Part shown: positions 60,140 through 64,000 of the stretch, piece by piece
Position numbering within the stretch: position 1 is the stretch's first letter
How the letters are laid out: each line of letters starts with the position of its first letter
NCBI GenBank assembly: GCA_964016885.1
Contig: OZ024744.1
Span: 17,360,001 to 17,424,000, forward strand
DNA: 64,000 nt
Source of the DNA: Eledone cirrhosa
Taxonomy: Eukaryota
Direction: 5' to 3'
Notes under the pieces: generated by a model
What the model saw: only the letters and a program-made list of their open reading frames with translations
Told to the model about the DNA's origin: nothing
The model's database searches: none
Made by a program: the position numbers and the translations under genes

Positions 60140-63100
60140 CACCATCAGATACTGACGACAGGTTGATACTCATTGCTGACCTGTACAACATCAGATACTG
60201 ACGACAGGTTGATACTCGTTGCTGACCTGTACACCATCAGGTATTGACGACAGGTTGGTACTCATTGTTGACCTGTACACCATCAGATACTGACGACAAG
60301 TTGATACTCATTGCTGACCTGTACACCATCAGATATTGACGACAGGTTGGTACTCATTGATGACCTGTACACCATCAGATACTGACGAAAGGTTGATACT
60401 CATTGCTGACCTGTACACCATCAGGAATTGACGACAGGTTGATAAACATTGCTGACCTGTACACCATCAGACATTGACCACAGGTTGGTATTCATTGCTG
60501 ACCTGTACAGCATCAGATACTGACGACAGGTTGATACTCATTGCTGCCCTGTACACCATCAAGTATTGACGGCAGGTTGATACTCATTGCTGACCTGTAC
60601 ACCATCAGACATTGACGGCAGGTTGGTACTCATTGCTGACCTATACACCATCAGACACTGACGGCAGGTTGATATTCATTGCTGACCTGTACACCATCAG
60701 ATACTGACGACAGGTTGATACTCATTGCTGACCTGTACACCATCAGACATTGAGGACAGGTTGGTACTCATTGCTGACCTGTACACCATCAGACATTGAC
60801 GACAGGTTGATACTCATTGCTGACCTGTACACCATCAGGTATTGACAGCAGCTTGATACTCATTGCTGACCTGTACACCATCAGACATTGACGGCAGGTT
60901 GATACTCATTGCTGACCTGTACACCATCAGGTATTGACGACAGGTTGATACTCATTGCTGACCTGTACACCATCAGACATTGATGACAGGTTGGTACTCA
61001 TTGCTCACCTGTACACCATCAGATACTGACGACAGGTTGATACTCATTGCTGACCTGTACACAATCAAGTATTGACGGCAGGTTGATACTCATTGCTGAC
61101 CTGTACACCATCAGACATTGACGACAGGTTGATACTCATTGCTGACCTGTACACCATCGGATACTGACGACAGGTTGATACTCATTGCTGATCTGTACAC
61201 CATCAGACATTGACGGCAGGTTGATACACATTGCTGACCTGTACACCATCAGACATTGACGACAGGTTGATACTCATTGCTGACCTGTACACCACCAGAC
61301 ATTGACGACAGGTTGATACTCATTGCTGCCCTGTACACTATCAAGTATTGACGGCAGGTTGATACTCATTGCTGACCTGTACACCATCAGACATTGACGG
61401 CAGGTTGGTACTCATTGCTGACCTATACACCATCAGACACTGACGGCAGGTTGATACTCATTGCTGACCTGTACACCATCAGATACTGAAGACAGGTTGA
61501 TACTCATTGCTGACCTGTACACCATCAGACATTGATGACAGGTTGATACTCATTGCTGACTTGTACACCATCAGACATTGACGACAGGTTGATACTCTTT
61601 GCTGACCTGTACACCATCAGGTATTGACAGCAGGTTGATACTCATTGCTGACCTGTACACCATCAGACATTGACGGCAGGTTGATACTCATTGCTGACCT
61701 GTACACCATCAGGTATTGACGACAGGTTGATACTCATTGCTGACCTGTACACCATCAGACATTGATGACAGGTTGGTACTCATTGCTGACCTGTACACCA
61801 TCAGATACTGACGACAGGTTGATACTCATTGCTGACCTGTACACAATCAAGTATTGACGGCAGGTTGATACTCATTGCTGACCTGTACACCATCAGACAT
61901 TGACGAAAGGTTGATACTCATTGCTGACCTGTACACCATCGGATACTGACGACAGGTTGATACTCATTGCTGATCTGTACACCATCAGACATTGACGGCA
62001 GGTTGATACACATTGCTGACCTGTACACCATCAGATACTGACGGCAGGTTGATACTCATTGCTGCCCTGTACACCATCAGACATTGACGACAGGTTGCTA
62101 CTCATTGCTGACCTGTACACCACCAGACATTGACGAGAGGTTGATACTCATTGCTGCCCTGTACACCATCAAGTATTGACGGCAGGTTGATACTCATTGC
62201 TGACCTGTACACCATCAGACATTGACGGCAGGTTGGTACTCATTGCTGACCTATACACCATCAGACACTGACGGCAGGTTGATACTCATTGCTGACCTGT
62301 ACACCATCAGATACTGAAGACAGGTTGATACTCATTGCTGACCTGTACACCATCAGACATTGATGACAGGTTGATACTCATGGCTGACTTGTACACCATC
62401 AGACATTGACGACAGGTTGATACTCATTGCTGACCTGTACACCATCAGGTATTGACAGCAGGTTGATACTCATTGCTGACCTGTACACCATCAGACATTG
62501 ACGGCAGGTTGATACTCATTGCTGACCTGTACACCATCAGGTATTGACGACAGGTTGATACTCATTGCTGACCTGTACACCATCAGACATTGACGACAGG
62601 TTGGTACTCATTGCTGACCTGTACACCATCAGACATTGACGGCAGGTTGATACTCATTGCTTACCTGTACACCATCAGATATTGACGACATGTTGATACT
62701 CATTGCTGACCTGTACACCATCTGACATTGACGGCAGGTTGATACTCATTGCTGACCTGTACACCATCAGATACTGACGACAGGTTGATACTCATTGCTG
62801 ACCTGTACAACATCAGATACTGACGACAGGTTGATACTCGTTGCTGACCTGTACACCATCAGGTATTGACGACAGGTTGGTACTCATTGTTGACCTGTAC
62901 ACCATCAGATACTGACGACAAGTTGATACTCATTGCTGACCTGTACACCATCAGATATTGACGACAGGTTGGTACTCATTGATGACCTGTACACCATCAG
63001 ATACTGACGAAAGGTTGATACTCATTGCTGACCTGTACACCATCAGGAATTGACGACAGGTTGATAAACATTGCTGACATGTACACCATCAGACATTGAC

Positions 63101-64000
63101 CACAGGTTGGTATTCATTGCTGACCTGTACAGCATCAGATACTGACGACAGGTTGATACTCATTGCTGCCCTGTACACCATCAAGTATTGACGGCAGGTT
63201 GATACTCATTGCTGACCTGTACACCATCAGACATTGACGGCAGGTTGGTACTCATTGCTGACCTATACACCATCAGACACTGACGGCAGGTTGATATTCA
63301 TTGCTGACCTGTACACCATCAGATACTGACGACAGGTTGATACTCATTGCTGACCTGTACACCATCAGACATTGAGGACAGGTTGGTACTCATTGCTGAC
63401 CTGTACACCATCAGACATTGACGACAGGTTGATACTCATTGCTGACCTGTACACCATCAGGTATTGACAGCAGCTTGATACTCATTGCTGACCTGTACAC
63501 CATCAGACATTGACGGCAGGTTGATACTCATTGCTGACCTGTACACCATCAGGTATTGACGACAGGTTGATACTCATTGCTGACCTGTACACCATCAGAC
63601 ATTGATGACAGGTTGGTACTCATTGCTCACCTGTACACCATCAGATACTGACGACAGGTTGATACTCATTGCTGACCTGTACACAATCAAGTATTGACGG
63701 CAGGTTGATACTCATTGCTGACCTGTACACCATCAGACATTGACGACAGGTTGATACTCATTGCTGACCTGTACACCATCGGATACTGACGACAGGTTGA
63801 TACTCATTGCTGATCTGTACACCATCAGACATTGACGGCAGGTTGATACACATTGCTGACCTGTACACCATCAGACATTGACGACAGGTTGATACTCATT
63901 GCTGACCTCTACACCACCAGACATTGACGACAGGTTGATACTCATTGCTGCCCTGTACACTATCAAGTATTGACGGCAGGTTGATACTCATTGCTGACCT
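60140..64000. repeat. Duplication with a 57-monomer / 2,622-bp period; second copy truncated by the window end
   Basis: tgaggacagg at 60751/63373 (+2622=57x46). cagcagcttga, ggaattgac and tacactatcaag recur at the same offset. Confidence 0.88.

Larger units (their letters stand above)
1..64000. repeat. Satellite DNA array of a 46-bp monomer, about 1,390 head-to-tail copies, extending beyond both window edges
   Basis: Positions 1-46 read cattgacgataggttgatactcattgctgacctgtacaccatcaga and the next unit starts at 47. The unit recurs throughout with typically 0-4 substitutions and rare 1-3 bp indels. No non-repeat interruption or inversion was seen. Confidence 0.99.

Noticed and set aside
1-64000. 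CRISPR array (conserved ~30-bp hairpin-bearing segment alternating with a variable segment)
   Set aside because: The variable part is only about 15 bp and consists of point variants of one sequence, not unique spacers. There is no leader and there are no cas genes.
1-64000. Giant repeat-protein coding sequence
   Set aside because: Continuous reading hits stops within every three monomers on both strands, and indel variants are mostly not frame-preserving.
1-64000. Telomeric repeat, rolling-circle concatemer or sequencing artefact
   Set aside because: There is no G-rich strand bias, and the unit is longer than typical telomerase repeats. Variants are inherited in ordered multi-kb blocks with private SNPs, which fits genuine genomic evolution rather than random error. 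Copy numbers still need read validation.
1-64000. Embedded transposon, inversion or unique island
   Set aside because: None was seen on reading through the window. All deviations from consensus were substitutions or 1-3 bp indels, although a very short insert could be missed by eye.

Overview
The whole 64-kb window is one uninterrupted head-to-tail tandem array (satellite DNA) of a 46-bp monomer. The consensus is CATTGACG(A/G)CAGGTTGATACTCATTGCTGACCTGTACACCATCAGA (about 46% GC, about 1,390 copies), and every copy I read is in the same orientation. I saw no genes, RNA genes, mobile elements or unique sequence. The seven listed ORFs are by-products of a 2-bp deletion variant of the monomer. The informative signal is in the monomer variants. 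They reveal nested higher-order duplications: an 85-mer of 3,901 bp, a block of about 10.4 kb, a 98-mer of 4,507 bp, and several of 0.8-2.6 kb. They also show a probable in-register gene-conversion patch and two sub-domains with different diagnostic variants that meet at about 36-38 kb. The monomer itself has an internal dyad, a two-subunit origin and a localised hypervariable segment. All positions and periods were counted by eye, so block boundaries are approximate to about one monomer. The organism and any function cannot be determined from this window, and I found no supportable evidence of a new gene-based system.
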